Shown in pieces: positions 38,078 to 48,107 of a stretch of 64,000 bases of DNA (position 1 is its first letter; every line of letters begins with the position of its first letter). The notes under the pieces are model-generated. The model was not told the origin of the DNA and ran no database searches. It was given only the letters and a program-made list of their open reading frames with translations. Source of the DNA: an uncultured Gammaproteobacteria bacterium (GTDB lineage Bacteria > Patescibacteriota > Microgenomatia > UBA10105 > UBA927); contig CAZGOA010000002.1 of assembly GCA_964527425.1 (NCBI GenBank), positions 5,000 to 68,999 on the forward strand, given 5' to 3'. A program made the translations under genes and the position numbers.

Positions 38078-38626
38078 TTATTTCCCTCCAACTGCTTTTG
38101 CAGATTTTCCAGCTTTCTTTCTGACATATTCACCCACGTATTTAATTCCTTTTCCTTTATATGGTTCTGGTGGTTTAACAGCTCTAATATTTGCCGCTGT
38201 TTGTCCGACTAATTGTTTATCATTTCCGGAAACAACTATTTTCCCATCTTGAACTGCAAAGGTGATCCCTTTAGGAGGAGTTACCACCACTGGATGAGAA
38301 AATCCAACTGATAATGTTAAATTTGTTCCTGTTAAGTTGACTCTATATCCAACTCCAACTAATTCTAGTGTTTTACTAAACCCTTCCGTAAGTCCTGTGA
38401 CATGATTTGCAAGTAAGGCTCTGGTTAATCCAAAGAGCGCTTTACCTGGTCGATCAGTTCTTTGACTTTTAATCACGAGTTGATTTTCTTCTTGGATAAT
38501 TGATATTCCTCTTGGAATTGCCATGACAGAGTCTCCTTTTGGTCCTTTGATGGTTATTGCATCAGGATTAATAGAGATTGTTACTCCATTTGGTATTGTT
38601 ATTGGCATGTTTCCTATTCGTGACAT
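38078..38626 (-). CDS. rplF: 50S ribosomal protein L6
   Basis: MSRIG start, KGPKG, GVGYR, GFSHP, PEPYKGKGI. Confidence 0.97.
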   Translation of the reverse strand: MSRIGNMPITIPNGVTISINPDAITIKGPKGDSVMAIPRGISIIQEENQLVIKSQRTDRPGKALFGLTRALLANHVTGLTEGFSKTLELVGVGYRVNLTGTNLTLSVGFSHPVVVTPPKGITFAVQDGKIVVSGNDKQLVGQTAANIRAVKPPEPYKGKGIKYVGEYVRKKAGKSAKAVGGK

Positions 38627-38640
38627 AATATTTATTGACA

Positions 38641-38687
38641 TTCGAATTTTTGAAATCCAGCTTTTTATTTGAATTTCGTATTCCGAA
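38641..38687. repeat. Heptamer-type imperfect palindrome (rpsH-rplF)
   Basis: TTCGAATTTTTGAAATCCA / TGAATTTCGTATTCCGAA. Confidence 0.55.
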
Positions 38688-38701
38688 TTATTTTTCAGTT
38701 T

Positions 38702-39094
38702 TCACCAAATCTCACACAATAATTCTCCGCCTATTCCTTTCTTTTGAGCATCTGTTCCGGTCATGATACCGGTTGATGTTGAAAGAATTGCTGTACCCAT
38801 ACCACCCAGTACTCTCGGAATGGCTGTGTGTGGCACATAGAATCTTCTTCCAGGTTTACTTTTACGTTTTACATCAGTAATTACTGATTTTTTATTTTCA
38901 TATTTTAAGGTTAGCAGTATCTTTTTTCTTGGCTGAGTAGTATCAACTTCAATTTTTGCGATATACCCTTCTTGAGCTAGAATTTTTGCCACTGCTTCTT
39001 TTATGTTTGAATGATCAATAAGAACGGTTGAACGTCCTGCCATAGAGGCATTTTTTATTCTTATTAACATATCTGCAATTGGATCAGAAACCAT
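38702..39094 (-). CDS. rpsH: 30S ribosomal protein S8
   Basis: DPIADMLIRIKNA, SKPGRR, ILSTSTG, GGELLC. Confidence 0.98.
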   Translation of the reverse strand: MVSDPIADMLIRIKNASMAGRSTVLIDHSNIKEAVAKILAQEGYIAKIEVDTTQPRKKILLTLKYENKKSVITDVKRKSKPGRRFYVPHTAIPRVLGGMGTAILSTSTGIMTGTDAQKKGIGGELLCEIW

Positions 39095-39113
39095 ATATTT
39101 TATTCTCCTTCAT

Positions 39114-39299
39114 TTACCATGATGCTTTTACAACTCCTGGCAATTCTCCTTTGTGAGCCAGTTCTCTAAAACAGATTCGGCAAAGACCAAAATGGCGCAT
39201 ATAAGCACGTGCTCTTCCACAAAGGGAACAGCGGTTTCGTGCTCTTACCGAATATTTCTGTTTTTTTTCAAATTTGACTATATCTGATGTTTTTGCCAT
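39114..39299 (-). CDS. rpsN: 30S ribosomal protein S14 (zinc-binding type Z)
   Basis: RCSLCGR...[16 protein letters not shown]. Confidence 0.97.
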   Translation of the reverse strand: MAKTSDIVKFEKKQKYSVRARNRCSLCGRARAYMRHFGLCRICFRELAHKGELPGVVKASW

Positions 39300-39314
39300 A
39301 ACTTTAAACTTTTA

Positions 39315-39372
39315 AAATTCGAAAATTTAAATGCAACTTTGTTATATTTTTGTGCTTTTAGATTTCGGATTT
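39315..39372. repeat. Heptamer-type imperfect palindrome (rplE-rpsN)
   Basis: AAATTCGAAAATTTAAATGCA / TGCTTTTAGATTTCGGATTT. Confidence 0.65.
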
Positions 39373-39379
39373 AATTATA

Positions 39380-39925
39380 TTAATTTGTTTTTTCAAATGG
39401 TAATCCTAATAATTCTAATAAGCGTTTTGCTTGATCTTTATTAGGTGCTGTTGTTACAAACGTTATTTCAAATCCTCGAACTTTGTCTACCATTTGATAG
39501 TCGAGTTCTGGAAATATCGTTTGTTCTTTTAAACCAAGTGTGTAATTTCCCTGCTTATCAAATCCGTTAACTGAAATTCCTCTAAAGTCTCTCACACGTG
39601 GGAGTGCCACTGACGTAAGTCTTCTGAAAAAATCATACATTTTTTCTCTTCGCAAAGTTACTTTCAGACCAATCGGTTCACCTTCTCTTAGTTTAAATGT
39701 TGAAATTGAAACTCGTGCGTATGTCACTTGTGTTTTTTGACCAGTGATTGTTCCCAATTGTGAAGCCATTTTCTCAATTACTTTTTTGTCAGAAATTGCT
39801 TCGCCCATACCACAATTGATTACAATTTTCATCAATTTTGGCACTTGCATTGGGTTTTTTATTCCAAACTCTTTCATGAGAGCTGGTATAACTGTTTTTT
39901 TGTATGTATCAGGTAAATCGTTCAT
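39380..39925 (-). CDS. rplE: 50S ribosomal protein L5
   Basis: KIVINCG, ITGQK, FKLREG, LPRVRDFRG, IFPE. Confidence 0.98.
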   Translation of the reverse strand: MNDLPDTYKKTVIPALMKEFGIKNPMQVPKLMKIVINCGMGEAISDKKVIEKMASQLGTITGQKTQVTYARVSISTFKLREGEPIGLKVTLRREKMYDFFRRLTSVALPRVRDFRGISVNGFDKQGNYTLGLKEQTIFPELDYQMVDKVRGFEITFVTTAPNKDQAKRLLELLGLPFEKTN

Positions 39926-39929
39926 ATAA

Positions 39930-40235
39930 TTATACGGCTTGACCGCTTCGTTTATTTACACGTGTTTTTTCTCCTTTGCTTAAGAGAAATCCTAAGCGTG
40001 TTGGTTTTTTTGTTTTTGCATCGTAAAAACTAACTTTACTGACATTAATCGGTTTGGTGATATCAATGATTCCACCCGGGTTTTTCTCGTCTCGTTTTTT
40101 CATGTGTCGCTTAAACATATTTATGCCCGTAACAAGTACAGTGTTTTCTTTTACAAACACTTTTTCAATTTTGCCTGTTTTTCCTTTGTCTTTTCCAGAC
40201 AAAACAATAACTGTGTCACCTTTTTTTAATTTCAT
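39930..40235 (-). CDS. rplX: 50S ribosomal protein L24
   Basis: MKLKKGDTVIVLSGKDKGKTG KOW motif. Confidence 0.97.
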   Translation of the reverse strand: MKLKKGDTVIVLSGKDKGKTGKIEKVFVKENTVLVTGINMFKRHMKKRDEKNPGGIIDITKPINVSKVSFYDAKTKKPTRLGFLLSKGEKTRVNKRSGQAV

Positions 40236-40281
40236 AAATACATCCTTTAGACTTTTATATGGATTTGATAACGTCAAAACA

Positions 40282-40650
40282 TTACCAAACTTCCATAGCT
40301 AAACTTACAATTTTAGGATATTTATCTTTTAATTCTCGAGCAACTGGTCCAAAGACACGTGTTCCTCGTGGTGTTGGGTCTTCTCTGCTTGCAACTACAA
40401 CACCTGCATTATCGTCAAAACGGATATATGATCCATCTTGTCTGCGTACTTCTTTTCTTGTCCTCACAATTACTACTTTTACTAATTCGTCATCTTTTAC
40501 GATTCCGTTAGGATCTGCTTTTTGCACAATACATTGAACAATATCCCCAATGGATGCAATTTTTCGATTGCCACCATAGACATGGATAACAGCCATTTCT
40601 TTGACCCCTGAATTATCTGCTACTGATAATTTGCTTCTTAATTGAATCAT
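40282..40650 (-). CDS. rplN: 50S ribosomal protein L14
   Basis: [25 protein letters not shown]. Confidence 0.98.
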   Translation of the reverse strand: MIQLRSKLSVADNSGVKEMAVIHVYGGNRKIASIGDIVQCIVQKADPNGIVKDDELVKVVIVRTRKEVRRQDGSYIRFDDNAGVVVASREDPTPRGTRVFGPVARELKDKYPKIVSLAMEVW

Positions 40651-40928
40651 AATGTTACTTTCTCTAACACCTTAAAGTGTTTGGTTTTACTGATTGGTCT
40701 TGTTGAGATAAGTCGAACCATGTCTCCTTCAACAATGCCGTCTAATTCATTATGTGCTGCAATAACTTTTGATTTTCGTACTGGTTTTTTGTAAATAGGA
40801 TGAACGATAAATCGTTCTACTTTTACTTGAATCGTTTGTGCTGTTTTTGTTGACACAACTATACCATTTAATATTTTGCCAACATGCTGTTTTTTATTTG
40901 TTGATTTTATGGTTTGTTGTTTTTTCAT
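40647..40928 (-). CDS. rpsQ: 30S ribosomal protein S17
   Basis: GIVVS, HPIYKK, AHNE, RPISKTK. Confidence 0.96.
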   Translation of the reverse strand: MKKQQTIKSTNKKQHVGKILNGIVVSTKTAQTIQVKVERFIVHPIYKKPVRKSKVIAAHNELDGIVEGDMVRLISTRPISKTKHFKVLEKVTL

Positions 40929-41128
40929 GCTAGTAATTCCTTTTGTCTTACAATAGTTTTAAGTTGTGCTATTTCAAGCCGTACGAGTCTTGCTTCTCTT
41001 ACGTTTTTAGACTGTTTAGTATAGCGCTCTCGAACAATCTGAGCAAGAGATTTTTCTTTTTCTGCTATACGCTTTTCTAATTCTTGTATTGTTTGTGATG
41101 TTGCTGAATCTAAGTCTTTTCGTTTCAT
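40925..41128 (-). CDS. rpmC: 50S ribosomal protein L29
   Basis: Canonical position; helical; [14 protein letters not shown]. Confidence 0.88.
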   Translation of the reverse strand: MKRKDLDSATSQTIQELEKRIAEKEKSLAQIVRERYTKQSKNVREARLVRLEIAQLKTIVRQKELLA

Positions 41129-41131
41129 AGG

Positions 41132-41539
41132 TTATTCCTTAACAACAAATTTGCTTTTAACTGGCAATTTGGCTCCGGCAAGTCTCATTGCTTCTTTAGC
41201 CATTTCATTACTTACACCACTCATTTCAAACATCATGCGACCTGGTTTTACGACTGCAACATACTCATGCACATCACCTTTACCACTTCCCATACGTGTT
41301 TCCGGTGGTTTTTTGGTAACTGGTTTGTCTGGAAAAATCCGAATCCAGATTCTTCCACCTCGTTTGGTAAAATGAGACATTGCTCTTCGAGCCGCTTCAA
41401 TTTGGCGAGCATTTACCCAGCCAACTGTCGTTGCTTGAAGTCCGCATGTGCCAAAGTCAACTTCGTTGCCTTGTGTTGCTATCCCACGGCGTTTACCTCG
41501 GAATTGTTTTCTGTATTTGGTTCGTGCTGGTTGTAACAT
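41132..41539 (-). CDS. rplP: 50S ribosomal protein L16
   Basis: [23 protein letters not shown]. Confidence 0.98.
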   Translation of the reverse strand: MLQPARTKYRKQFRGKRRGIATQGNEVDFGTCGLQATTVGWVNARQIEAARRAMSHFTKRGGRIWIRIFPDKPVTKKPPETRMGSGKGDVHEYVAVVKPGRMMFEMSGVSNEMAKEAMRLAGAKLPVKSKFVVKE

Positions 41540-41552
41540 AAATACGTTATAT

Positions 41553-41613
41553 GTTATGGGTTGTGAGTGTTAGTATGTATTATTTTCACAACACATCACT
41601 CATAACTCACAAC
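41553..41613. repeat. Heptamer (GTTRTGA)-periodic imperfect palindrome (rpsC-rplP)
   Basis: GTTATGGGTTGTGAGTG / CACTCATAACTCACAAC. Confidence 0.65.
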
Positions 41614-42281
41614 TAATTTGTACTCCTACATATCCATACTTTTACACCGATATATCCTGATTTGGTTAACGATGGTACGTGTGCAAAATCTACTTCTTCA
41701 CGGATAGTTGATAAAGGAATACTTCCCTGTTTGTAATTTTCGCGTCTGGCAATTTCTGCTCCTGCTATACGTCCGGAAAGTCCAATTTTAACTCCTTTTG
41801 CACCTGCTCCCATGACTCGCTCCAGCGCCTGATTGCATACTCTCTTTTGAGGCATGCGTCGAGCTAGCTGATCAGCGATACTGGTTGCTACTAAGAATGC
41901 GTTAAGATTGGGCTCTTTTACTGGCTCAACCGTTAACTCAATTCTCATTTTAGGTTGCTCTTTTGATGCTTTCTTCATTTTTGTTCGAATATCTCTTAAA
42001 TGAGCTTCAATAAACTTTTTGGTTTCTTCCAGTCCACTACCACCTCGTCCGATAACAATACCTGGTTTGGCAACATGAAGAATTATCCTCATTTTGTTTA
42101 TTGATCGTTCAATCTCTACCTGAGCTAACCCAGCAGACTTCAGTCTTTTTTGTAAGGCTTTTCGTAATGTTACGTCTTCCAGGAGCAATGTTTTATAGTC
42201 ACGACTATTGGCAAACCATCGTGATGTCCATGGAAACACTGTGAGCATTCTAAAACCTTTTGGATTAACTTTTTGTCCCAT
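41613..42281 (-). CDS. rpsC: 30S ribosomal protein S3
   Basis: MGQKVNP, KPGIVIGRGG, GRIAGAEIAR, GVKVWI. Confidence 0.98.
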   Translation of the reverse strand: MGQKVNPKGFRMLTVFPWTSRWFANSRDYKTLLLEDVTLRKALQKRLKSAGLAQVEIERSINKMRIILHVAKPGIVIGRGGSGLEETKKFIEAHLRDIRTKMKKASKEQPKMRIELTVEPVKEPNLNAFLVATSIADQLARRMPQKRVCNQALERVMGAGAKGVKIGLSGRIAGAEIARRENYKQGSIPLSTIREEVDFAHVPSLTKSGYIGVKVWICRSTN

Positions 42282-42295
42282 ACGTTTTAATTATT

Positions 42296-42346
42296 GAAAT
42301 GCGAATTTCGAAATCTGAATTATATTGATTTCGTATTCCGTATTTC
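42296..42346. repeat. Heptamer-type imperfect palindrome (rplV-rpsC)
   Basis: GAAATGCGAATTTCGAAATC / GATTTCGTATTCCGTATTTC. Confidence 0.7.
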
Positions 42347-42350
42347 TTAT

Positions 42351-42689
42351 TTATGTTGTTGTTTTTTCCTCCAATATAACTCGTATATGTGTCATTCTCT
42401 TTTTATATCCATGAGCCATACCTCGAGATACGGCACGCCATCTTTTCATCATTGGACCACCCATAATTTCTATTTTTTTAATGAATAGTCCATTGGTTGA
42501 TGCATTTTTTTGTTTTGCATTAGAAAGTGCAGATTTAATAACCTTAGATAACGGAACTGCAGCAAACTTTGGTGTTGCAGACAAGGCTACTAACGCTTTT
42601 TCTGCATTCATGTTTCTGACTGCGTCGGCTACTAGCCTCACTTTTCGTGTGCTCATGTGTACATATTTTGCTGTTGCTTTGTATTCCAT
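42351..42689 (-). CDS. rplV: 50S ribosomal protein L22
   Basis: STRKVRLVAD, KSALSNA, KRMTHI. Confidence 0.97.
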   Translation of the reverse strand: MEYKATAKYVHMSTRKVRLVADAVRNMNAEKALVALSATPKFAAVPLSKVIKSALSNAKQKNASTNGLFIKKIEIMGGPMMKRWRAVSRGMAHGYKKRMTHIRVILEEKTTT

Positions 42690-42748
42690 ATATTAATTAT
42701 TCGTTATTTGTTACTATGCATAACATTTCACCCACAACTCACACCATT

Positions 42749-43033
42749 TTATGTCTTATCCATTGTTCTCTTTGTTACTTGTCCATGTCCTCTAAATGTT
42801 CTCGTTGGTGAAAATTCTCCAAGTCTGTGTCCAACCATTCCTTCGGTTATAAACACTTCTATGTGTACGCGACCATTGTAAATTGCAATTTTGTGTCCGA
42901 CAAATTCTGGAGGAATTTGTGATGCCCTTGACCATGTTTTAATAGCTGCTCTATCGCCGCCTTGTTTTTGCTTCATGATTTTTGCCATGAGCTTTTCATC
43001 AATAAATGGTCCTTTTTTGCTTGATCGTGCCAT
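42749..43033 (-). CDS. rpsS: 30S ribosomal protein S19
   Basis: [28 protein letters not shown]. Confidence 0.98.
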   Translation of the reverse strand: MARSSKKGPFIDEKLMAKIMKQKQGGDRAAIKTWSRASQIPPEFVGHKIAIYNGRVHIEVFITEGMVGHRLGEFSPTRTFRGHGQVTKRTMDKT

Positions 43034-43048
43034 ACTTTATAATTTTTT

Positions 43049-43105
43049 AAATTTCACAAACTATTCAAATAACATACTACTGTATTTGCTCAGTTTGAGA
43101 AATTT
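43049..43105. repeat. Intergenic imperfect palindrome (rplB-rpsS)
   Basis: AAATTTCACAAACTATTCAAATA / TATTTGCTCAGTTTGAGAAATTT; arm resembles the 32061 element. Confidence 0.65.
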
Positions 43106-43112
43106 GTTTTGT

Positions 43113-43868
43113 TTACTTTCGTTTCTTTTTCCTTTCCATTATAAGTGAATCGCTATACTTTGTCGGTTTTCTTGTTTTCTTCCCTAAGGTTGGTTTACCC
43201 CATGGTGTTTTTGGAGATGGCATACCTATTCCGCTTCTTCCTTCTCCTCCTCCATGTGGATGACTTCCTGGATGTTGAGCAACTCCTCTGACTGTAGGTC
43301 TTATTCCCATAAGTCTTGCTCTTCCTGCTTTTCCGATAACTCTATTTTTCCATTCTACATTTCCTAGTTGTCCGATTGTCGCACGACAGATCGCTTTAAA
43401 CAAGCGCACTTCACTGGATGGAAGCTTGATTTGTACTGTGTCTCCTTCTTTTGAAAGGATCATAGCTACTCCTCCTGCACTTCTAATCATTTGAGCGCCT
43501 CGACCTGGTTTGATTTCTAAATTATGAATCATAGTACCAACAGGCATTGATCCAATTGGCATTGCATTGCCTACTTTTATGTCTGCTTGTTCACCTGAAA
43601 CGATTGTTGCACCTATTTTTAGGCCTACTGGGGCTAAAATATACCGTTTATCTCCATCTGCATAATGAACTAATGCAATTTGACTGCTTCGATTAGGATC
43701 GTACTCGATTGTCATAATTTTCCCTACCACTCCGTCTTTTGTTCTTTTCCAGTCTATTTCTCGGTAATAGCGTTTCTGTCTACCACCTTGATGACGGATT
43801 GAGATATGCCCTTGAGCATCTCGGCCCGATTTTTTCGGTAATATAGTTTTTAATCGTTTGTTTTGCAT
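43113..43868 (-). CDS. rplB: 50S ribosomal protein L2 (short N-terminus)
   Basis: [34 protein letters not shown]. Confidence 0.98.
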   Translation of the reverse strand: MQNKRLKTILPKKSGRDAQGHISIRHQGGRQKRYYREIDWKRTKDGVVGKIMTIEYDPNRSSQIALVHYADGDKRYILAPVGLKIGATIVSGEQADIKVGNAMPIGSMPVGTMIHNLEIKPGRGAQMIRSAGGVAMILSKEGDTVQIKLPSSEVRLFKAICRATIGQLGNVEWKNRVIGKAGRARLMGIRPTVRGVAQHPGSHPHGGGEGRSGIGMPSPKTPWGKPTLGKKTRKPTKYSDSLIMERKKKRK

Positions 43869-43872
43869 ACAC

Positions 43873-44172
43873 TTATCCCTGTTGTTGAGGTGTTACCTCA
43901 AACATGTCTAATTTTTGTCCTTTTTTTAGTTGTACTATTGTTTTTTTCCAATCTGGTTTCGTAATAGTATTCATTTTTTTCCCTACTCTTCTTACCTTAC
44001 CTGGCATTATTGATGTGCGAATATCAATGACATCTACGTTATATGCTTGTTTAAAATCGTTAATGATATCTTGTTTGCGTGCGTCTTTTGACACTACAAA
44101 TGTATACCAACCGCGGCTTGCGAGCGTTAAACTTTTTTCAGTAATGATTGGTCTTTGTATAATCGTTTTCAT
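43873..44172 (-). CDS. rplW: 50S ribosomal protein L23
   Basis: [20 protein letters not shown]. Confidence 0.96.
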   Translation of the reverse strand: MKTIIQRPIITEKSLTLASRGWYTFVVSKDARKQDIINDFKQAYNVDVIDIRTSIMPGKVRRVGKKMNTITKPDWKKTIVQLKKGQKLDMFEVTPQQQG

Positions 44173-44174
44173 AG

Positions 44175-44960
44175 TTAGTTCTTCGATAATTCTTGTACTG
44201 CTTCTTTTGAAAAAATAATGTACTTGTGATGCATGACGGCATATGTATTAACATCGGAAACAGGTAATACATCTACATACGTAATATTTCTCATTGCTCT
44301 GCGGATTACTAATTCATCTTTTGCAAGAAGAACTAATGTTTTTCCTGTTATTTCTATCTGGTTCAATAATTGCACGAAGGCTTTTGTTTTTAATTCCAGT
44401 TTATTCATGTTTTCTACAATCTTGATAGATCCTTCGTTATATTGAAGTGTTAATGCACTTGAAAGCGCTCTTGTTTTCATTTTTTTCGGTAATTCAAGCC
44501 TAAAAGAATGTGGTACTGGTCCTAAGGCTTTTCCTCCTCCTACAAAAATAGGAGCTCGAATGTTACCGTGTCGTGCGTTTCCGGTGCCTTTTTGTTTAAA
44601 TATTTTTCTCGATGACCCTTCTACTTGACCTCGAGTTTTGGCTGAAGCACTTCCTTCGCGTTGATTTGCAAGATACACGCGTACTGCTTGGGCAATGAGC
44701 TGCTTATTAATTTTTGCTGCAAAGTACTGTTCTGGTAATGTAAGGGTTCCTGTCTTTGCTCCTTTTATGTCATATACTTCTGTAGAAAGTCCTTTTGATT
44801 TCGTAACTTTTTTCTCTTCTTTTACAGCCATATCAGTTGCAACTGCTTCTTTTTTTACTTTTGAAGCTGTTGGTTTTGAAGCTACTTTTGTCGCTTTTTG
44901 TGTTTTGTTTTCTTTGGTAGCTTTTGGCTTGCCTGATGTAGTGTTTGCTGTTTTTGTCAT
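44175..44960 (-). CDS. rplD: 50S ribosomal protein L4 with a Lys/Thr/Ala-rich N-terminal extension
   Basis: KTRGQVEG, QKGTGNARHG, GGGKALGP. Confidence 0.97.
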   Translation of the reverse strand: MTKTANTTSGKPKATKENKTQKATKVASKPTASKVKKEAVATDMAVKEEKKVTKSKGLSTEVYDIKGAKTGTLTLPEQYFAAKINKQLIAQAVRVYLANQREGSASAKTRGQVEGSSRKIFKQKGTGNARHGNIRAPIFVGGGKALGPVPHSFRLELPKKMKTRALSSALTLQYNEGSIKIVENMNKLELKTKAFVQLLNQIEITGKTLVLLAKDELVIRRAMRNITYVDVLPVSDVNTYAVMHHKYIIFSKEAVQELSKN

Positions 44961-44963
44961 AGG

Positions 44964-45587
44964 TTAATTTGTTTTGGTCATTTTTACTAAACTTTGTTTT
45001 GCTCCGGGTATAAGTCCTTTAACTGTAATAGTGCTTTTTTCGGAATTAATTGCAACGATTTTAAGTCCCTTTATGGTTATTGTGTCATTACCCATTCTCC
45101 CGGCCATTCTCAGTCCTGGATATACTCTTCCTGGTGTGGTACCGGCTCCTATTGATCCTGGAGCTCTCCATCTGTCGCTTTGTCCGTGTGTTTTTGGTCC
45201 GCCAGAAAATCCATGTCGTTTTACGACTCCGGCAAATCCTTTTCCTTTGGATACTCCTGTTATAGTTAGCGTATCTCCAACAGTGAACACCTCTTCTGGT
45301 TTTACTTCTTTACCTGCTGTTATTGTTTCATCGAACTCTTGTGTATTGGATAAACGTAAAAAGCGGGGTGCTTTCTCGACTCCCGCTTTTTTCATAATGC
45401 CTTGAATTGGTTTTGTTGTTTTTCGTTTGTTTCCAATTGCAAGAAGATATCCTTTTGATTGACTATCATTGACGATACGAGCCACGACTGTAGGCTCTAT
45501 TGATATATGAGTTACTGCAATTTGAGTACCGTCCTCCTGAAAGAGTCGGCTTTGGCCTAATTTGAATCCGAATAGTGTTGTAATCAT
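44964..45587 (-). CDS. rplC: 50S ribosomal protein L3
   Basis: SKGKGFAGVVKRHGF, HGQS, RAPGSIG, PGRV, MAGRMG. Confidence 0.97.
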   Translation of the reverse strand: MITTLFGFKLGQSRLFQEDGTQIAVTHISIEPTVVARIVNDSQSKGYLLAIGNKRKTTKPIQGIMKKAGVEKAPRFLRLSNTQEFDETITAGKEVKPEEVFTVGDTLTITGVSKGKGFAGVVKRHGFSGGPKTHGQSDRWRAPGSIGAGTTPGRVYPGLRMAGRMGNDTITIKGLKIVAINSEKSTITVKGLIPGAKQSLVKMTKTN

Positions 45588-45595
45588 ATTTAACC

Positions 45596-45624
45596 AAAAA
45601 AAGAGACCTCAGGTTTTGAGGTCT
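45596..45624 (-). terminator. Intrinsic terminator-like hairpin in the rplC leader (candidate attenuator)
   Basis: AGACCTCA-AAACC-TGAGGTCT-C-T7, ending 8 nt before the rplC ATG. Confidence 0.7.
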
Positions 45625-45697
45625 TTGTACTCAATTACCCGAGACTTTTGGTATTCACTTACTTTTTACTGGCAAAGTAATGTTCATGAATTTCACA

Positions 45698-45726
45698 ATT
45701 ATACCAGAGTATCTCTTTAAGTTCAA
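45698..45726 (-). promoter_or_regulatory. sigma70 promoter of the rplC-secY operon
   Basis: TTGAAC(45726-21)-N17-TATAAT(45703-698) with extended TGn. Confidence 0.75.
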
Positions 45727-45873
45727 TTTCTATTTTTTCGTATCAATGTTTAGCGAATAGGTAAATATTATATCAAACTCTTGAACTTTTGTCTCTAGGA
45801 TAGTATTTCCTGAAAATGCAGCTAAAATAGTATATTTATTCATATCCTTTTTTATCGTTGTAAACAGTTATTT

Positions 45874-46392
45874 TTATTTAGATATTTCTGAAATATAGTG
45901 ACTTGCAGCACTAATACAGTTAGTTAATACCGACAATAACTCTCTATCCTTGGAATCGTTCATATGATCTGCGTTAAATTCGCCATTACGTTGAACAAAC
46001 GTTGCTGTTGATCCTGACAGTTTGACCGTTGCTGATTGCATATTTTCACCATTAAAACGAATTGTGACTTTGAATAACTCTGTAGGAGTAGGACTTACTT
46101 CTTGAATGAGGGTAGTACGAGTATGTGTAGGACCTGCAATATTTGTACCTGTGATGTTCACTTCTGTAAACACTTGTAAACTGCCATTATTATCTTTGAG
46201 TTTATCTTGCACTGCTATAACGAGCAGTTGTGGAGCTGAGTCTAGAATATGTTGTTGAGGATTACGAACGCGGATAACATCTTTTGGAATTCCGGAACTA
46301 TCACTAGATCTACTCCATGTGATTTGCTCTTCACCATTTTTTACCAGTATAGGATTTTGATTATCGATGCTTCTTAGTTGTTCAACTAGCAT
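45874..46392 (-). CDS. Hypothetical protein inserted between rpsJ and rplC
   Basis: 172-aa ORF; no motif recognised. Confidence 0.6.
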   Translation of the reverse strand: MLVEQLRSIDNQNPILVKNGEEQITWSRSSDSSGIPKDVIRVRNPQQHILDSAPQLLVIAVQDKLKDNNGSLQVFTEVNITGTNIAGPTHTRTTLIQEVSPTPTELFKVTIRFNGENMQSATVKLSGSTATFVQRNGEFNADHMNDSKDRELLSVLTNCISAASHYISEISK

Positions 46393-46502
46393 ATGAGTAC
46401 AAAATTACATTACTGTTTGAAGAAAAGGATTGTATGTTGTTTTCACCTGGAAAGACTACTTGGGGAAGCTTGTTTTGTATTTCCCATCTTCTTCTTTCCA
46501 TA

Positions 46503-46811
46503 TTACATTTTAATTTCTACATCAACTCCTGCAGGGAGATCTAAATGCATCAGTTGATCAATCGTTTTATCTGTAGGTTCTAGAATATCAATTAATCGTT
46601 TATGTGTTTTGAGGAGAAAGTCTTCTCGACTATTGCGGTCAATAAACGTACTTTTAGCAACATTAAAATGTTGTTTATCGGTTGGAAGGGGAACAGGTCC
46701 AACAACACGTGCACCAGTTCGGACTGCTGTGTCAAGAATTTTTTGACAACAATCGTCTATGACTCTGCTGTCGTATGCTTTTAAACGTACTCTGATTCTT
46801 CCTTTTGGCAT
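46503..46811 (-). CDS. rpsJ: 30S ribosomal protein S10
   Basis: IRVRLKAYD, GPVPLPT, THKRLIDI, LPAGVDVEIK; start reassigned to MPKG. Confidence 0.97.
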   Translation of the reverse strand: MPKGRIRVRLKAYDSRVIDDCCQKILDTAVRTGARVVGPVPLPTDKQHFNVAKSTFIDRNSREDFLLKTHKRLIDILEPTDKTIDQLMHLDLPAGVDVEIKM

Positions 46812-46844
46812 GATGGTAATTGTTTGGCAGGTCTTTAGTGTTTT

Positions 46845-46873
46845 GAGGGCTTTGCTCTTCATGCAAAGCCCTC
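46845..46873. other. Perfect 11-bp stem-loop in the tuf-rpsJ spacer
   Basis: GAGGGCTTTGC-TCTTCAT-GCAAAGCCCTC. Confidence 0.7.
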
Positions 46874-46888
46874 TTTATCATAAAAATC

Positions 46889-48076
46889 TTAGCTTAATAC
46901 TTTGGCAACTACTCCCGCTCCTACTGTTCGGCCACCTTCACGGATAGCAAATCGCATTCCGTCCTCTAAGGCAACTGGCGTGATAAGGGTTACTACCATT
47001 TTGGTATTGTCTCCTGGCATAACCATTTCAACTCCTTGTGGAAGTTCGATTTCTCCAGTTACGTCAGTTGTACGGATATAGAACTGTGGTCTGTATCCTT
47101 TAAAAAATGGCGTGTGTCGTCCACCTTCTTCTTTTGCAAGAATATATACTTCTGCATCGAATTTGGTATGTGGCTTAACAGACCCTGGTGCAGCCAAAAC
47201 TTGTCCGCGCTCAACTTGGTCTTTTTCAACTCCTCGGAGTAATACTCCGACGTTATCACCTGCTTGTCCCTGATCTAAGAGTTTTCTAAACATTTCAACA
47301 CCAGTTACAACAGTTGATTGTGTTGCTTTGATACCGACAATTTCAATAGTGTCGTTGACCTTTACTACTCCTCTTTCTACTCGGCCGGTAACAACTGTTC
47401 CTCGACCTTTGATAGAGAAGACGTCTTCAACTGGCATTAAGAATGGTTTATCAAGTTCACGGGTTGGAGTTGGGATGTATTCATCAACCGTATCCATAAG
47501 CTTGAGGATTGCTGCTTCTGCTTCGGCATCACCTTCAATTGCTTTGAGTGAACTTCCACGGATAACTGGAACAGTATCTCCTGGGAAACCATATTTCGTT
47601 AAGAGTTCACGAACTTCCATTTCGACTAAGTCGAGGAGTTCTTTATCTTGAACCATATCGCATTTGTTCATGTAGACAACGATAGCTGGAACTGCAACTT
47701 GCTTTGCCAAGAGAATATGTTCTCTGGTCTGTGGCATAGGACCATCTGGAGCGGAAACAACAAGAATTGCACCATCCATTTGAGCAGCTCCGGTGATCAT
47801 GTTTTTGATGTAGTCTGCATGACCAGGGGCATCTATATGAGCGTAGTGTCTGTTTTTTGTTTCATATTCTGAATGATGAATGTTAATTGTGACTCCACGA
47901 GCTTTTTCTTCAGGTGCATTGTCGATTTCATCGTATTTTAGCGCTTTAGCAAGACCTTGTTTTGCAAGTACTTGTGTAATAGCTGAAGTTGTTGTGGTTT
48001 TACCATGATCAACGTGACCAATGGTTCCAATATTTAAATGTGGTTTAGAACGATCAAATTTTTGTTGATCTGCCAT
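46889..48076 (-). CDS. tuf: Elongation factor Tu
   Basis: [33 protein letters not shown]; SD AGGAGG before MADQQ. Confidence 0.99.
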   Translation of the reverse strand: MADQQKFDRSKPHLNIGTIGHVDHGKTTTTSAITQVLAKQGLAKALKYDEIDNAPEEKARGVTINIHHSEYETKNRHYAHIDAPGHADYIKNMITGAAQMDGAILVVSAPDGPMPQTREHILLAKQVAVPAIVVYMNKCDMVQDKELLDLVEMEVRELLTKYGFPGDTVPVIRGSSLKAIEGDAEAEAAILKLMDTVDEYIPTPTRELDKPFLMPVEDVFSIKGRGTVVTGRVERGVVKVNDTIEIVGIKATQSTVVTGVEMFRKLLDQGQAGDNVGVLLRGVEKDQVERGQVLAAPGSVKPHTKFDAEVYILAKEEGGRHTPFFKGYRPQFYIRTTDVTGEIELPQGVEMVMPGDNTKMVVTLITPVALEDGMRFAIREGGRTVGAGVVAKVLS

Positions 48077-48107
48077 ATATCCTCCTATAAAATTTTGTAA
48101 TACCTTA

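Noticed and set aside
35292-43105. Spacer repeats as a CRISPR array or IS ends
   Set aside because: No constant repeat-spacer periodicity, no cas or transposase genes, no target-site duplications seen
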